Source of the DNA: Haliotis cracherodii
Lineage: Eukaryota
Reading direction: 5' to 3'
Assembly (NCBI RefSeq): GCF_022045235.1
Contig: NW_027266268.1
Span: 19,530,001 to 19,594,000 of the forward strand
DNA length: 64,000 bases
Positions 1 through 13,923 of the stretch are shown one piece after another (the first letter of the stretch is position 1; every line of letters starts with the position of its first letter). Both the position numbers and the translations under genes were made by a program. The notes beneath the pieces are model-generated. The model did not search any database, had not been told where the DNA came from, and was given only the letters and a program-made list of their open reading frames with translations.

Positions 1-293
1 CAAAGTGGTCTTAGCACTTTCAGTCGCAAGCCTATGATAAAGTATGGGCCTTGCGATCATCTTAGCGCTAAGATGGCTTTGTTGAATGGGGCCCTGAGAT
101 ATTTGGCAAAAACTGGATCATCTATATTTATTATAGTGGATATCCTGGATAACATGATATATTTGCTTGGTCTTGGATCACAATTCATAAACAGTTTGGT
201 CATGTAACTCTACAGGATATTGCATCAGTCGAGTTATGGACGGCTGTGAATCTTTTCTAGAAGTACTGTACTAAAGAAGTCTTTATATTTGTA

Positions 294-575
294 GGGGGCA
301 CGGGTGGCCCAGTCGTCTATGGCACCGCGATTCGCTGTGCAGAGTTGCGTCCCTTGGGCACGCCAGAAACCTATGATTTGTGGGTTCGAATCCCGGTTCG
401 CCCCGATTATGTTTCTAGGTTTGTCAGCACCATACCCGTGCTCGTGGGTTTCACTGAAGTGGTAAACGTCTGAGACCTGCATCACTTCGGGCTTTCCTTC
501 CACATTAAGCTGACACGCCGCGATATAACTGGAATATTGTTAAAAGCGGCGTTAAACCCAACTCACTCACTCACT
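294..575 (+). mobile_element. SINE family A (tRNA-Leu-like head, (ACTC)n tail)
   Basis: About 280 bp; A-box-like TGGCCCAGTCGTCTA.GG, B-box GTGGGTTCGAATCCC, tail gcggcgttaaaccca(actc)n; about 20 full or partial copies in window. Confidence 0.9.
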
Positions 576-806
576 ATATATTTGTAAGTACTTTTTATTA
601 CAAATATGTCTGGCATAAAGCAATGCTTAATTTAAAATATTCCGTGTTTCAAGCTGAATGAGTGAGTTATTAACTGTAATTTATGTTTGCGCCCAACGTT
701 CACAGAATGAATCATTGTTCGAGAGAAAGTCAGTTGGAACTTTTGGAAACTTAAATGATCAATGGTGAATTAGCATTGAAAATAACCTGAAACTGTATGA
801 CTGCAG

Positions 807-965
807 ATTATTGACATTGGTGAGAACAGCTTGGTACCAGATGACTTCACGGAGAAGGAACTGCAGACTGGGATGTGGTGGCGCCACCTGGTGGCAGGAG
901 GGGCAGCAGGGGCAGTGTCAAGGACAGCAACGGCTCCGCTAGATAGGTTAAAAATTCTACTGCAG
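807..965 (+). CDS. SLC25A25: SCaMC (Ca-binding mitochondrial ATP-Mg/Pi carrier) internal exon, first in window
   Basis: ctgcag|ATT...CAG|gtgagg; 159 nt; [53 protein letters not shown] contains the SCaMC linker and first carrier signature. Assignment among SLC25A23/24/25 is not resolvable. Confidence 0.93.
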
Positions 966-1689
966 GTGAGGCAACTGGTCTTCTCAGGTGGGTTGTTTTA
1001 GCGACCCTCTTAATTTTCCATGCTTGGATTTGACCTACCAGATCCAAAAGCCTCAATCAGAATATGTAAAAAAATGTTTTTATTTGCCCATCTGCTTTAT
1101 CATCGATGGATAAGAAAAATATGAAAATAAAAATTGTGCAAATGCAAACAGGATTTTATGAGAAGTCTCTGGATTCTAGAAACACCTGGTATAGGTAACA
1201 AAAACTCTTACATAAGTATACTACTCAAAAGAGATCAATGAACACTTCATTCTTTCATTTGACTATAGTTAGTCTGTCATGGCATGCTTGCCGTAAAAGG
1301 CGACTATGCTTGTCGTAGGAGGCGATTAACGGGATTGGGTAGTCAGTCTCGCTGACTTGGTTGATGCATGTCATCGTATCCCAATTGCGTGGATCGATCC
1401 TCATGATGTCAATCACTGAATTGTCTTGTCCATACTCGATTATTTACAGACGGTTGTCATATTGGAAATTCCAGCCTACTTGGGCAAGGGTGGAAACTGG
1501 ACTTTTACAGTCAGTTAACGCCCTTGCTTCAGGAAGATGTATTAAACAACATACAAAAAATAACATTGCCTCGGGATCTCTTGTATACGTCTCATCAACT
1601 TGGGCAATCGTATCGTGACAAATTTGTGATGCACCAAGTCTTCGTTGACGCATTACACCTATCACAGCAATGTGTTTGATCATCTCCAG

Positions 1690-1839
1690 GTTCATGGGTC
1701 CAGGAAGAACATCAGTATAAAGTCCGGCTTCCAGCACATGTTGAAGGAGGGGGGATATATGTCCATGTGGAGGGGCAACGGCATCAACGTCATCAAGATA
1801 GCACCTGAATCAGCACTCAAGTTCATGGCATATGAACAA
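1690..1839 (+). CDS. SLC25A25: SCaMC exon
   Basis: ctccag|GTT...CAA|gtaagt; 150 nt; [50 protein letters not shown]. Confidence 0.94.
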
Positions 1840-2795
1840 GTAAGTCACCAGTTCCTTACTCAACATCATTAGGGCCTCCTGGTAGTAATGAGACGTTATC
1901 CCATGGATCACAATTGTTTTACGTCCCAATACAAGTATTGATCAAAGTCCAACAAAGTAAAAAAAATCATAAATGTCGGCTTTAGTGACTGCTACACTTG
2001 CAAATACTAATTAGAGGTGAAAATGTAAATATTTTCATCCATTGTGCCAGAGTTGACACTGTAACATACTTCCCTGAATTTCAAATCTTATCAACCTAGT
2101 TCCTGGTGATTCAGGGAAGAATAGTTCCCTGGTATCTGATGCTTGTCACAGCTGACTTCAGACGATCAGGTGTTGTATCTTGACTGTTTCTGTGGCTTGT
2201 CACTGGTTCGTCTCGACTTATGTTGATTATTTTACAGAGTGCTATGATAGAGCTGGAATATTGCTGACTGGCATTAAACAACATTCAGTTACCATGGTTA
2301 CTCCCTGTTCAAACTCCTGAGGAAGATTGATGGTTCAAGTGATTTTCTTTAAGGGCCATAATGGTCAATTTTATACAATTTTTGAGAATACACATACCAA
2401 TTCTGTCATTTAGATTTGCTGCAATAAATTAAGGCAGAATTTGATGAATGAATTCTAGATATTACAAAATGAAAGGGATCCTAGAAGAATCATATTTTTA
2501 CATTGGAGTCGTTTACAATTACTAAGAAGCATCTTGTGGAAACATGTTTGGGCAGGGGGGGAATATTTGAAATAAATTAAAAGATTGAAAAAATTCTGAC
2601 GACCTGGATTAGGATGCTGTTGTGACTGTTGCTGTGTGAGCTGTTGATTGAACAAGTTCTGACCTGTTCACTGTTAATTTATTCCGTTTAATAAGAACAA
2701 TTTACATGCAAGGTAAACGACAGATGACAATTCAGCCAACTCCACAGTTGAAAGATGTTTTGAATCTCCGTGACAATCTGTTTTGTGGTTTCCAG

Positions 2796-2906
2796 ATCAA
2801 GACTTGGATCAAAGGAGATTCAAACCGAGATATTTATGTGTTTGAGAGACTTCTCTCCGGATCAGCTGCTGGGGCCATCTCACAAACCATCATCTACCCC
2901 ATGGAG
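2796..2906 (+). CDS. SLC25A25: SCaMC exon
   Basis: ttccag|ATC...GAG|gtgaga; 111 nt; IKTWIKGDSNRDIYVFERLLSGSAAGAISQTIIYPME. Confidence 0.94.
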
Positions 2907-2951
2907 GTGAGAGACTTCTCACACACCTCTGCCTGGTTCTCAATGGGATTA

Positions 2952-3452
2952 CAGAGTTCCAGATAAGCTGCATATCTGCGTGAAATACACATCAGAAATG
3001 CAGAAATACACAGTAAAATATAATCCAAGCGTATTAAATACGCAACGAACATTACAGATACGCTACAAAAATAAAACTTGTGCATATCATCAAAATATTG
3101 TGAAGTAACCCTGCGTATTCGATTAGCAAATCAGCAACTTATTTTGAAATTATAAAGGGGCATTCCGTCAACCTTGCCAACTCCACGATGACAGTTACAT
3201 CTTGATCATTTGCCATCACACTTTCTTGTGGAAGTACCGTGGTATTTTTGAGTCCTATAAAGCTCTCGAACCCACACGACACCATCAGCGACTAGATGAA
3301 CAGTGTTTTTAAATATTTAACTTAAATACCCACATGTGTAAAAACTAGTGGGTAACAGAAATTTGAATACGCAGATAAAATTACTGATACCCAATAATTT
3401 TAAAATGCATGGGTAAAATACCCACAACACCAAAAGCTTATCTGGAGCTCTG
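2952..3452. mobile_element. MITE family M1
   Basis: TIR CAGAG(C/T)TCCAGATAAGCT; about 500 bp; flanks gatta/gacta; copies at 4005 and 16259. Confidence 0.88.
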
Positions 3453-3545
3453 GACTAGCTGAGTGGTTAAAGCATTGCTTCATCACACTGAAGACCTAGG
3501 TTTGATGTTCCACAGGGATACCAGGAGTGTAATGATATACTAGTA

Positions 3546-3914
3546 CCGTATTCAACGTAATAAGCGCCCGGACCGCTCTCAAAATTGGAAATGAGGGGGC
3601 TCTTATTTTTTTATAATGTTTGTGAGAGAACAGAGTTGAAAGATCTTATGTTGTGGTTGATTCTGACAGCCTGAAATGATACAAAAGAAAAGTATGTGCG
3701 TATCATACATGACAGATATATTTTCCAGAATTTAATTGCCCTTATGATTAAGGGTCCATATAACACACTAGTGCGTATTATACACGAATAAATAAGTGTT
3801 GTGTACACTGATCAATCGGAAGGGGTACTAATTGGGATTGTTCACTTTCAAATATAGTAGCAAATATGGCTGTGGGCACTTTTTAGAGCGGGGCGCTTAT
3901 TACGTCGAATATGG
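3546..3914. mobile_element. TA-flanked MITE (Tc1/mariner/pogo-like)
   Basis: TA|ccgtattcaacgtaataagcgccc ... gggcgcttattacgtcgaatatgg|TA. Confidence 0.8.
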
Positions 3915-4004
3915 TATATCAAATTAGTGAACTGCTGTTTACCCTACAATAGTATTATACCGATAGGAATTTTGAAATGCAAATAGTATCATCGCTAGTA
4001 TGCA

Positions 4005-4510
4005 CAGGGCTCCAGATAAGCTTTTGGAGTTGTGGGTATTTTACCCATGCATTTTAAAATCATTGGGTATCAGTAATTCTATCTGCTTTTTCAAATTTCT
4101 GTTACCCACTAGTTTTTACACATGTGGGTATTTAAGTTAAATATTAAAAAAAACACTATGCATCTAGTCCCTGCAAACTGGTGTCGTGTGGGTTCGAGAG
4201 CTTTATAGGACTCAAAAATACCACGATACTTCCACAAGAAAGTGTGATGCCAAATGATCATGATGTGACTGTCATCGTGTAGTTTGGCAAGGTTGACGGA
4301 ATGCCCGTTTATAATTCAAAATAAGTTGCTGATTTGCTAATCGAATACGCAGGGTTACTTCACAATATGTTGATGATAGCACAAGTTTTATTTTTGTAGC
4401 GTATCTGTGTTGTTCATTGCGTATTTGATACGCTTGGATTATATTTTACTGCGTATTTTTGCATTTCTGATGCGTATTTCACGCAGATACGCAGCTTATC
4501 TGGAACTCTG
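4005..4510. mobile_element. MITE family M1, inverted relative to 2952-3452
   Basis: Reverse complement of 2952-3452 over its full length; TSD atgca. Confidence 0.88.
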
Positions 4511-5180
4511 ATGCATAGCAATCAATATTTTATGCAGATTCAAACCTGCCTGTTTGGTTTGTTCGCAGGGATTACGACAACTTGAGATAAGAGTTACTTC
4601 CCTTTGGTTTGAGGAAGAAAATGTCTGGCTTTGACATTGTCCGCAATACTTTATTCATTTCTGTTGTCATGATTACATTGATAAATATAAATATCAATAC
4701 TTAAAGTTGATTTAATACTGTCTCAATAGTTTTGCAATTGTATGGGCTACTATTGCAATACAATCGGAATAGGGAAAATAGTTCCAATAGTCTACCCTAA
4801 TCATGCTAATGGATCCAATGTGTGAACCCCCATTCTTGTTGTCCTCAGCCGTGTTAAGGCAGGAGTATTGTCAAGCATTTTAAAATATATTTTTTTATTT
4901 GAAGTTTACGCGATATACAGCTTTTCAATTGGACGAGAGGTCGGTCACCTGACCGTGTAATTGACGTTCATAAGTGTATGAACGACACAATTTGATGTTC
5001 ACACTGACGGACTACTTCCACATTCCTGGGGAAACCCCTGGGAATTCCCTAACACGAATACGTACAGAAGAGTTCTTTCTGATCAGAAGAGATAAGAATG
5101 GGTAGCTGAGAAAATTCTTTTAGTTCATGCTGGTTTAAGGGTTCGTTTGGAAAGCTTGTTTGCTTATGCAAAGTTCAATA

Positions 5181-6130
5181 AGGCTGATTAAAAAAAAAAA
5201 AAAATTGGTTCTCAGGCAATAGCTCTTGAAAATATCGTGCGGACGGGAAACTTTATAAAATAATAGTTTCAGATACAATTCTTCCGCTCATTGTATCAAA
5301 ACAAATTAAAGTTATATTATTGGGTAATTTTTGACCGAATCACTGATAGATTCCGAGAAATGTTTGTACAGCTGATTGTTGCTTAGTTTACAAGACGAGA
5401 CAAGACAAACAGTAATCTTAGCCTCTGCACATAAAACAATGCCAATCAGAGCAGGAAATACAATTTAATCGGTAAATCATCATGTCTAGTGATGTTTTAT
5501 CTCAAATTTCAAATTTGTATTGGCCAAGTTTAATTGTTATAATCTGTTCGTTTTCCTGAATTCGCTGAAGGGATATGATGTAAATTTTTTCTGCAGAAGA
5601 CAAACATGTTTTTATTGCAAATGTTGGGACTTTGTAAGCACTGGTGATGTGCTTCATTTCGCTTCGCTTTATAGATGGGGTATATATTTTCTGCTTATTT
5701 TACAAGACAAATACACATGTAATATTTCTGCGTATGAAACATTGTCCCGCATACAGTACACAAATACCATTGAATTTGTAAATCATCATGTCTGGTGATG
5801 TTTTATCGCAAATTTAATGTTTTCATTGACCAAATTTGCAGACAGCAAAACAAGCACACAATATCCTATTGCCGCCATGACCATAACCGTGATAACACAC
5901 GAGATGCGCAGTAAAGCAGTGCGCATGAAAAGGGAAGTAACTGCACGTTATATTGGATCACATTGTTTTTAAGTATTGTAGCATTTCACTTTTGAGGTCG
6001 TGTGTTCGAGACGCGGAATATTTATTGATTTATATTTTTTTAAATGGAAATAAAAACGAAACGTGCGGCAGACTTTGTGATGATGCGGCGGTGCGTGAGA
6101 ACCAAGAATATTTTTTTATTTTTTTAGCCT
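5181..6130. mobile_element. Possible non-autonomous DNA transposon (Kolobok-like ends)
   Basis: aggct...(a)n..ttggttctca at left; tgagaaccaa..(t)n..agcct at right. Confidence 0.45.
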
Positions 6131-6885
6131 AATGTTTTCATTTTTGTTTCAAATGACAATGACTCATTCTGATTTATTTATGAGTAAGAATGGCCCAGTT
6201 GCTACAATTGACTGTAGACTTTTTCTTAGGCAAGTCAGAAAGCTATGATTGTTGGTTTGAATCCCAGATTTGCTCTGATTACAAACAGTAAAACAAGCAC
6301 ACAAATTCCTATTGCCGCCATGACCATAACCATGATAACACACGAGATGCGCAGTAAAGCAGAGCGCATGAAAAGGGAAGTAACTGCACATTATATTGGA
6401 TCGCATTGTTTTTAAGTATTGTAGCATTTAAGTCCCCTTTGTCCCTAGTATGGTGATTTTCACCTTGTTGCTGGCGATCTATAGCCCCAATTTTATATTG
6501 TGTCGTACCTCAATAATCAGATATTTTTAATGTTCTACAACTAGTTTTAAGTCAATCTGTGATATATTGCTAGTTATTATACTGTCCTTCGTCATATAAT
6601 ATTTTCTTAATATTGTATAACTTGTTCAAGTCACATTATGGCTGAAATATTGCCGATGTGACTTTAAATTGAACTCACTCACTCACTCTGATTATCTTCC
6701 TTGGTTTGTGAGCACCATACCTGTGTTTGTGTAGTTCTCCAAAGTAAGATCCATGTAAGATCATTTTAAGCTTTCCTCCCACATCAAGCTGACATGCCGT
6801 TATATAACTGAAAAACTGTTCAAAGCGGCGTTCAGCCAAGGTGTGAATGATCCATGTTAGTTTCATTGGACTAGTTATTCCATGA

Positions 6886-7113
<228 letters not shown>

Positions 7114-7530
7114 TGAATCAATGTATCGGTGCACCGTGAGTTTTCATGTGGTGATACGATACTTTTTCTGTATTGATACATGATGATACGCTTAATAAAT
7201 TACTCACTATTCGTTAAATGACTCCTGGCGTTTTTGTCAGTCAGATATCTCAAAATGTGTTGTAATTAGTGTTTTAAGTTAAAGTAGCTTAAAATCGCCG
7301 CGACGAACATGTGTCTACAGCTAGCTTTTCCTTTTGAAACTGCTCTGAAGTATTTATTGTCAAGAAGTTTCCATGCAATTTGACATAAATATGCCATAGG
7401 TATCGTATCGTGACCTTGCTGTATAGTTTCACCTATAGTGCTTCAGGAATAAAAACAATAGTGGTTGTATAGTTTCACCTATAGTGCTTCAGGAATAAAC
7501 ACAATAGTGGTTGTGTACAGACTATAAATG

Positions 7531-7795
7531 GCCCGTGAAGATCCGGGGTAGAATAGGTCTTCATGCTTGCTGTAACAGGCGACTATGCTTGTCGTAAAAG
7601 GCAACTAACGGGATCGGGCGGTCAGGCTCGCTGACTTGGTTGATGCATGTCATCAATCCCAATTGCGTGGATCGATGCCCATGATATTGATCACTGGATT
7701 GTCTGGCCCACACTCGATTAATTACAGACCGCCATCATATAGCTGGAATATTGCTGAGTGCGGCGTTAAACAATGAATAAACAAACAAACAAAAC
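7531..7795 (+). mobile_element. SINE family C (structured non-tRNA head, (AAAC)n tail)
   Basis: cccgtgaagatccggggtagaataggtcttca...gctggaatattgctgagtgcggcgttaaac; about 15 full or partial copies in window. Confidence 0.88.
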
Positions 7796-8010
7796 AGATT
7801 TTAAATCTAACTGGGATATGAAACACCGACTTTCTTCTCTGAAGACCAGGGACTTGTTCACAATATGTGGGGATTCCTATAAGTATAAGCATGATAAGAA
7901 TATAGTTCCCCAGCAATCTGCAATATGTTGAAAGGATGCCGCTCTCTGTTCTTAATATCAGCCTCATGTCCTTTGGACAAAATCTGGTTCACACTGTGCT
8001 CCTTTCCTGT

Positions 8011-8140
8011 TGGGGGCGGTTAGGTAGACCCGGCTTCAAATCCCAACATGGGTACAATGTGTGAAGCCCATTCTGGTGTCCCCAGCGTGACATTGCTGGA
8101 ATATTGCTGAAGGCGGCGTCAAAACCATACTCACTCACTC
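8011..8140 (+). mobile_element. SINE family B, internally deleted
   Basis: gggggcgg...catgggtacaatgtgtgaagccc...aaaaccat(actc)n. Confidence 0.8.
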
Positions 8141-8341
8141 CTTTCCTGTGGAACCCTCTACTGATTGAACTGTAGATTGTTTTTAAGGCCAAACTCAAGA
8201 CATATCTTTTTGATAAGTACTTCCAAATATCACAACTGTTTGTGTGCACTTTTAGCAGCCACACAGTGAATGGAGAACAGCGCCTTAGAAATAGACTTGC
8301 TATTGTTATGCTGTAGTCCGTCAATCGTCATTTTGGCACCA

Positions 8342-8625
8342 GGGGCACAGGTGGTCCAGTCGTCTAAGGCGCCGTGATTTGCTGTGCAGAGTTGCGTCCC
8401 TTGGGCACGCCAGAAACCTAAGATTGTGGGTTCAAATCCCGGTTCGCCCCGACTATGTTTCTAGGTTCGTCAGCACCATACCCGTGCTCGTGAGTTTCAC
8501 CAAAGTGGTAAATGTCTGAGACCTGCATCTCCTCGGGCTTTCCTCCCACATTTAGCTGAGACGCCGTAATATGACTGGAATACTGTTAAAAACGGCATTA
8601 AACTGAACTCACTCACTCACTCACT
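8342..8625 (+). mobile_element. SINE family A
   Basis: Full-length match to 294-575. Confidence 0.9.
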
Positions 8626-8766
8626 GTTCTCGGAACACGGTTCAGGAAGTTTCCACTACCGTTCGAAATTGAGATGAGATAAGCAATAAGTATGAGTCAG
8701 GATAAGTAAAAATGATACTTTTTTTCTAAAAATACATTATTTCCTCATTAAAGACCTAACAAACCT

Positions 8767-9128
8767 GACCGCCTCCGTGGTCTAGTGGTAGAGCGTCCGC
8801 CCGGAGAGCGGATGGTCCAGGGTTCGATCCCTGGCCGCATAATACCAAAAGACGTTAAAAGATGGTACTTGTTGTTACCCTGTCTGGCGCTCGGCATTAA
8901 GGGGCTAAAACAAGGACTGGTCGGCTTGGAGTCAGTATACTGTGTCTGAGTGGGGTATTCATGTTAAACTGAGGCATGGTATCTCAGTGAGCTAGCACTA
9001 TAAATCGGCATCAGTCCGGACTAGTACAAGCAGCCACACAAACACACACACGTACATGCACGTCGCTATATAAGTGCAATAATCTTGGACGCAACGTTAA
9101 ACCCCATTTCACCTCACCTCACCTCACC
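8767..9128 (+). mobile_element. SINE family D (tRNA head, Meta/MESC-like core, (CACCT)n tail)
   Basis: A box TGGTCTAGTGG, B box GGTTCGATCCC, core ataccaaaagacgttaaaagatggtacttg...tggcgctcggcattaa; TSD acctaacaaa(c/t)ct. Confidence 0.88.
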
Positions 9129-9217
9129 TAACAAATCTAATTATTTGAGTCAGGCAGATTTGTGTGAGATGACGGTGTGTCAATACACTGGGGTAAGTTT
9201 CCACAGACAGTGACTGA

Positions 9218-9457
<240 letters not shown>

Positions 9458-10133
9458 TAAAAGCAAAAAACACTTTGATGCAAAGCATGAATACAACGGC
9501 AAAATATTATCATGTCTTTGTTAAAATGGCAAACAAATTAAATTTACGATATAAGAATTTTCCCAAAATGTGGAATCAACACAAGCATGTTTCAGGGTTA
9601 GAAACTGACAGTTTTTGTCCACTAGTCCATATAATGATAACATGTTGCAAAACCCTTAACATGGGCCAATTTCTACTAGTCCTTAGGATGCCTTTACTAT
9701 TGGACAGTTTGGTAAGGACTACAGGACTAGTGCCAATTTCTAACGCTGATGTTTTATGACAATAGGAACAATATTAGTTTCAATTCATTCCCTGTTTTAC
9801 ATCTTACTCCATGTGTTTGACTACAATGCGATTATCTCCCTTACACACTGAATTTGATAAACGCAGTCTTTCCACAGTAAAGATTTTCCTGGAGACAGAT
9901 GGTATTAGGACATTTTAGGGATTATATAAAATTTATATAACACATTCTAATATATCTTACCAAATTTAAAATTATCTCCAGGACATTTTAGATAACGATC
10001 AGTCCTAGAAAAAGAAGTGATCTGAAATCCGGAAATAATACTGTTTTGGATTGATGGAGAATTAAAATATGAAAGTTACATGGGTAACTTTCTCATGTAT
10101 TGTTTAGGTGGGTAATTTCTCAATGCATCAATG

Positions 10134-10407
10134 GACCGCCTCCGTGGTCTAGTGGTAGAGCGTCAGCCCAGAGAGCTGAAGGTCCAGGGTTCGATCCCCG
10201 GCCGTGTCATACCAAAAGATGTTAAAAGATGGGGCTTGTTGTTACCCTGTCTGGCGCTCACCATTAAGGGCCAAAACGAGGACAGGTCGGCTTGGAGTCA
10301 GTACTGTTTGAGTGGGGTACTCATGTTAAAATGCGTCATGGTATTGCAGTGGGCTAGCACTAAAAATCAGCATCAGTCCGGACTTGTACAAGCAGCCATA
10401 CGCACAT

Positions 10408-10442
<35 letters not shown>

Positions 10443-10508
10443 TGCACATCACTAAATAAGTGCAATAATCTCGGACACGACATTAAACCCCATTTCACCT
10501 CACCTCAC
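10134..10508 (+). mobile_element. SINE family D
   Basis: Match to 8767-9128 with internal (CA)n; TSD caatgcatcaat. Confidence 0.88.
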
Positions 10509-10982
10509 CAATGCATCAATACATCTACTGTTCCAGCTCTGCCTTGGAAGTTAAAGTACAATAAAATAATTTGTCCCGTGTGACACATAATTCCTATCAT
10601 AATTGATGTAACTATCATCAACCAGAGTTTTAAGCCAACTCACTGCTGAGCATTTTTTAATATGGCGAGTATTATGCGCAGCCACCAGTAGCTAAAGTGA
10701 TTACATAAATTGTGCCTGGGCATCGGGCAGGAAGCTGAGGCACTGTAAGTCCCCATTATCCCCAGCCTAGCTTTGGTTGCTGATGGCTGATTGCCATGTT
10801 TTAAGCAGATGTAACTAGTATTGTTTGCTTAAATATGTTGGACAAATTTGTTTTTAAATATAACTTGGATGTATTTATATGACTCGCTATATTTAAACTT
10901 GAGGTCGCTTTATGGCTGAAAAAATGCAACGTTAAATCTTAACTCACTCATGACTAACTCATCCCATGCTTTTCTGTTGCAG

Positions 10983-11173
10983 CTAAGGCCGACGTGAAGG
11001 GCGGGATTCCAGATAATATGACAGGATTGTTTAGGACTATTATACGTGAGGAAGGTCCTCGCGGCCTGTATCGTGGCATCACACCCAACTTCATGAAGGT
11101 GGCACCGGCCGTCAGCATCAGCTATGTTGTGTATGAACAAGTCCGCAAAGCTCTAGGTGTCTCCATGACATAG
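10983..11173 (+). CDS. SLC25A25: SCaMC last coding exon
   Basis: ttgcag|CT AAG...ACA TAG; phase matches previous exon; (A)[62 protein letters not shown]. Confidence 0.94.
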
Positions 11174-11613
11174 GATTTGACTCCACATCTGCAACAGCAC
11201 TCCAGGACGTCGTCAGTCCAGTGATTTCTATCTGCTCATAGTGTTGGACTTTTCATGTCCATAGTGTCAGACTCATTTTATCCATAGGAATTCAAATACA
11301 CCTCCTACGCAACTCAGCATCTCTCTGTCTGCTTGCTACAAGGAGACATGAAGCAGTGTTCTCTCCACCCACCTTGCAGGTATTCCAATGTCAGCCCAGT
11401 CAGGGTAAAACATTTGAGGTACGGCTTCAGGGATTCGGTTTTTTTCAAAATCATGTTTGTGTGTTTATGTGTAAGTCTATACTTCTGCTGTCTTTCATTC
11501 AAATGCAGAGTATATCGAACTTTAACGTGTGTTCGTCTGTCTGTTGGTTTTGATGTCTCCTTTCGGTTGAACCGTTTTCCGTGTATGGATTTTTATTAAT
11601 TCATACTTATCTA

Positions 11614-11736
11614 TACTTCTCAAAAGAAGTTAAGGACCACCCAGTTGTTATTAATATGGTTAACCTGTCATGGCATAAGAGATTAACTATTGTAATGTGA
11701 AGGAATCGGGTGGTCCTTAACTTCTTTTGAGTAGTT
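11614..11736. mobile_element. Micro-MITE with Tc1-like TIRs downstream of the SCaMC stop
   Basis: acttctcaaaagaagttaaggaccaccc / gggtggtccttaacttcttttgagtagt. Confidence 0.75.
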
Positions 11737-13591
11737 TAAATTATTACAATTGTCATATTGGAAAGAATATGAATGCTAAATGAGTGAAAATTATTTTGCA
11801 GGATATGTGAACAATATAACAAGGATTAACAGTGCTTGTCTTAGAGTTGTTGTACATTACTGCTGAGATGGAGAACTACATGCTCTGGTGTTCTGAACCC
11901 CTCAGATTTGAGGGGTTCATACTTCCTCCACTTGTTATTGTTAACTATATTGTTATGTTTGGAGAAGGAATCCTTATGACTGGATCTTAACCTACTGTGC
12001 ACATGATATCTATCTGTGATCTGTTTCCTTGAGCGTGATCTCAATCTGTGAGAGGTGAGCTTGTTGTCCTCAGTAACAAAACCATTGACATGATTTTTCT
12101 TACACAACTGATCGTCGAACACAATCATCATACTTTATTATCCACAATTCACACAGCCTTTGTCAACTTGGCATAGGTTTAGCTCATGAATAGTCTAAGT
12201 TGGAGGGAAATGTCATCATTTTTTGTTGAGTTTGTAACACTTCAGCTCCATCTTTACAGTATCTGTTCCATAGTATGTTTTTTTGGCTTTTGAAGAGCAT
12301 CGCCAGATATCATGCTGAGCACTAACTACGGAATACAATTTATGAAATGATCATAATATTTCAGTTTGTAAATAAATATTTCTCTAATAAGGGAATCACT
12401 TTCATTTTCATAGGAATAGTGACTTGGAAAATAAGGATGGTTGGGTGAACTCGGAAATAAAGAACATATTTGTTATAAAATGTGAGATTTATTGTTTTTC
12501 CTCCTAATTCGCTGGGCAAAAGGACAACTTCAATATGGTATTGTTTCTGCCACAGCAAGTTTCTTCTTCCCATAACTGAATCATTACCGGTTCAGATGTG
12601 TCTTATTTTCCCAAAAAAGACACATTCTGTGAACTAGATTTGGATGTTTGTCATGAATGTGTGTGACACAAGAACAGATGTTGTTTTCATAAGTGATGTT
12701 TTGTGTCATCTTATGTTGAAAAGGATTTTCATGAATATTGTTCAATAATTGACTCTGTTGTAAAGATTGATGAATTCGTTAACATCTGAGTATAGGTCAT
12801 CTTTAGGTTGCCATGGTGATGGCTGCAGTAGACTTTTAGAATCAGAAATCATTCATCTTCAACAGATAGACAATACTCAAGGACTACTGAACCAGCTGTT
12901 GTGTCCCCTCTATAACTAATTAGTATTGCCATTACACAACAGGTATAGGTGACTTCACATCAAACTAGCAGCCCACATAGTGAACACCAACATCAAAATG
13001 TAATTTAGTGGCCACTGCTTAGATTGGGTGACAGATTGGCGGTGAATAAATCTACAGTGTAATAGGTTAAGTGACAGCCTACCTCATATGTCAACATGTC
13101 TGAAAAGCTTTGGATGAACTCAAAAAATGATCTAAATTTTTTGTAGTATTTTATTTTACATAGCAGCCCTGATTTTTCATAGAAATCCTGCCTGAATTTG
13201 AGCCCAATTCAAATACTCAAAAGAACTTTCAGTGTGTAGACTGGATCTGTTTATCCCAATAGAATCAACTAGACAGGTGATGTTCCTTTAAAACTGCAAG
13301 ACTGGTGAGGTTTATACACTGCCATGTTTCTGTTTAGCGAACCAGTGGATGTACATATTTTGTATATTTGCTGGAATTCTGTCATAATGTGCACATATCT
13401 TTATTGCCAACCAGCTGTAAATATTTCACATACAAAAACTAATTGTTCATTGAAGTGTATCACTCAAAGATTACATGCTGAATGTGCTATTATCGAAACT
13501 GCCCTTGTGCAGTGTTTACTGTATATACTTTTAAACATGCTAGTGCAATGTCTGAATTCAGCTAAGGCTATATTTCTGTTCAGACTGAGGT

Positions 13592-13923
13592 TAATGTCCA
13601 ATATGCCTCCTGCCTAATGTCCGACATGTCTCTCGTCTGTCCCACATCTCCCTGCTGATGTCTCAATTCTCCCTGCTAATGTCCGACATGTCTAGTGTCT
13701 AATGTCCTACAGCTCCTGTCTAATGTCCCACATCTCCCTGTTGATGTCTCAATTCTCCCTGCTAATGTCCAACATGTCTAGTGTCTAATGTCCTACAGCT
13801 CCCTGCTAATGTCCAACATGTCTCCCTGCTGTCCCATTTCTCCCTGCTAATGTCCAACATGTCTAGTGTCTAATGTCCTACAGCTCCCTGCTAATGTACG
13901 ACATGTCTTCCGTCTAATGTCCA
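13592..13923. repeat. Composite minisatellite (ctaatgtcc...ctccctg modules)
   Basis: Recurrent ctaatgtccaacatgtct and ctccctgctaatg units with a higher-order period; resumes after the SINE at 14170. Confidence 0.8.

Noticed and set aside
10131-10583. Recurring short ORFs such as VQGSIPGRVIPKDVKRW, FESRFAPIMFLGLSAPYP and MVRLADLVDACH
   Set aside because: They are translations of SINE families A, C and D.
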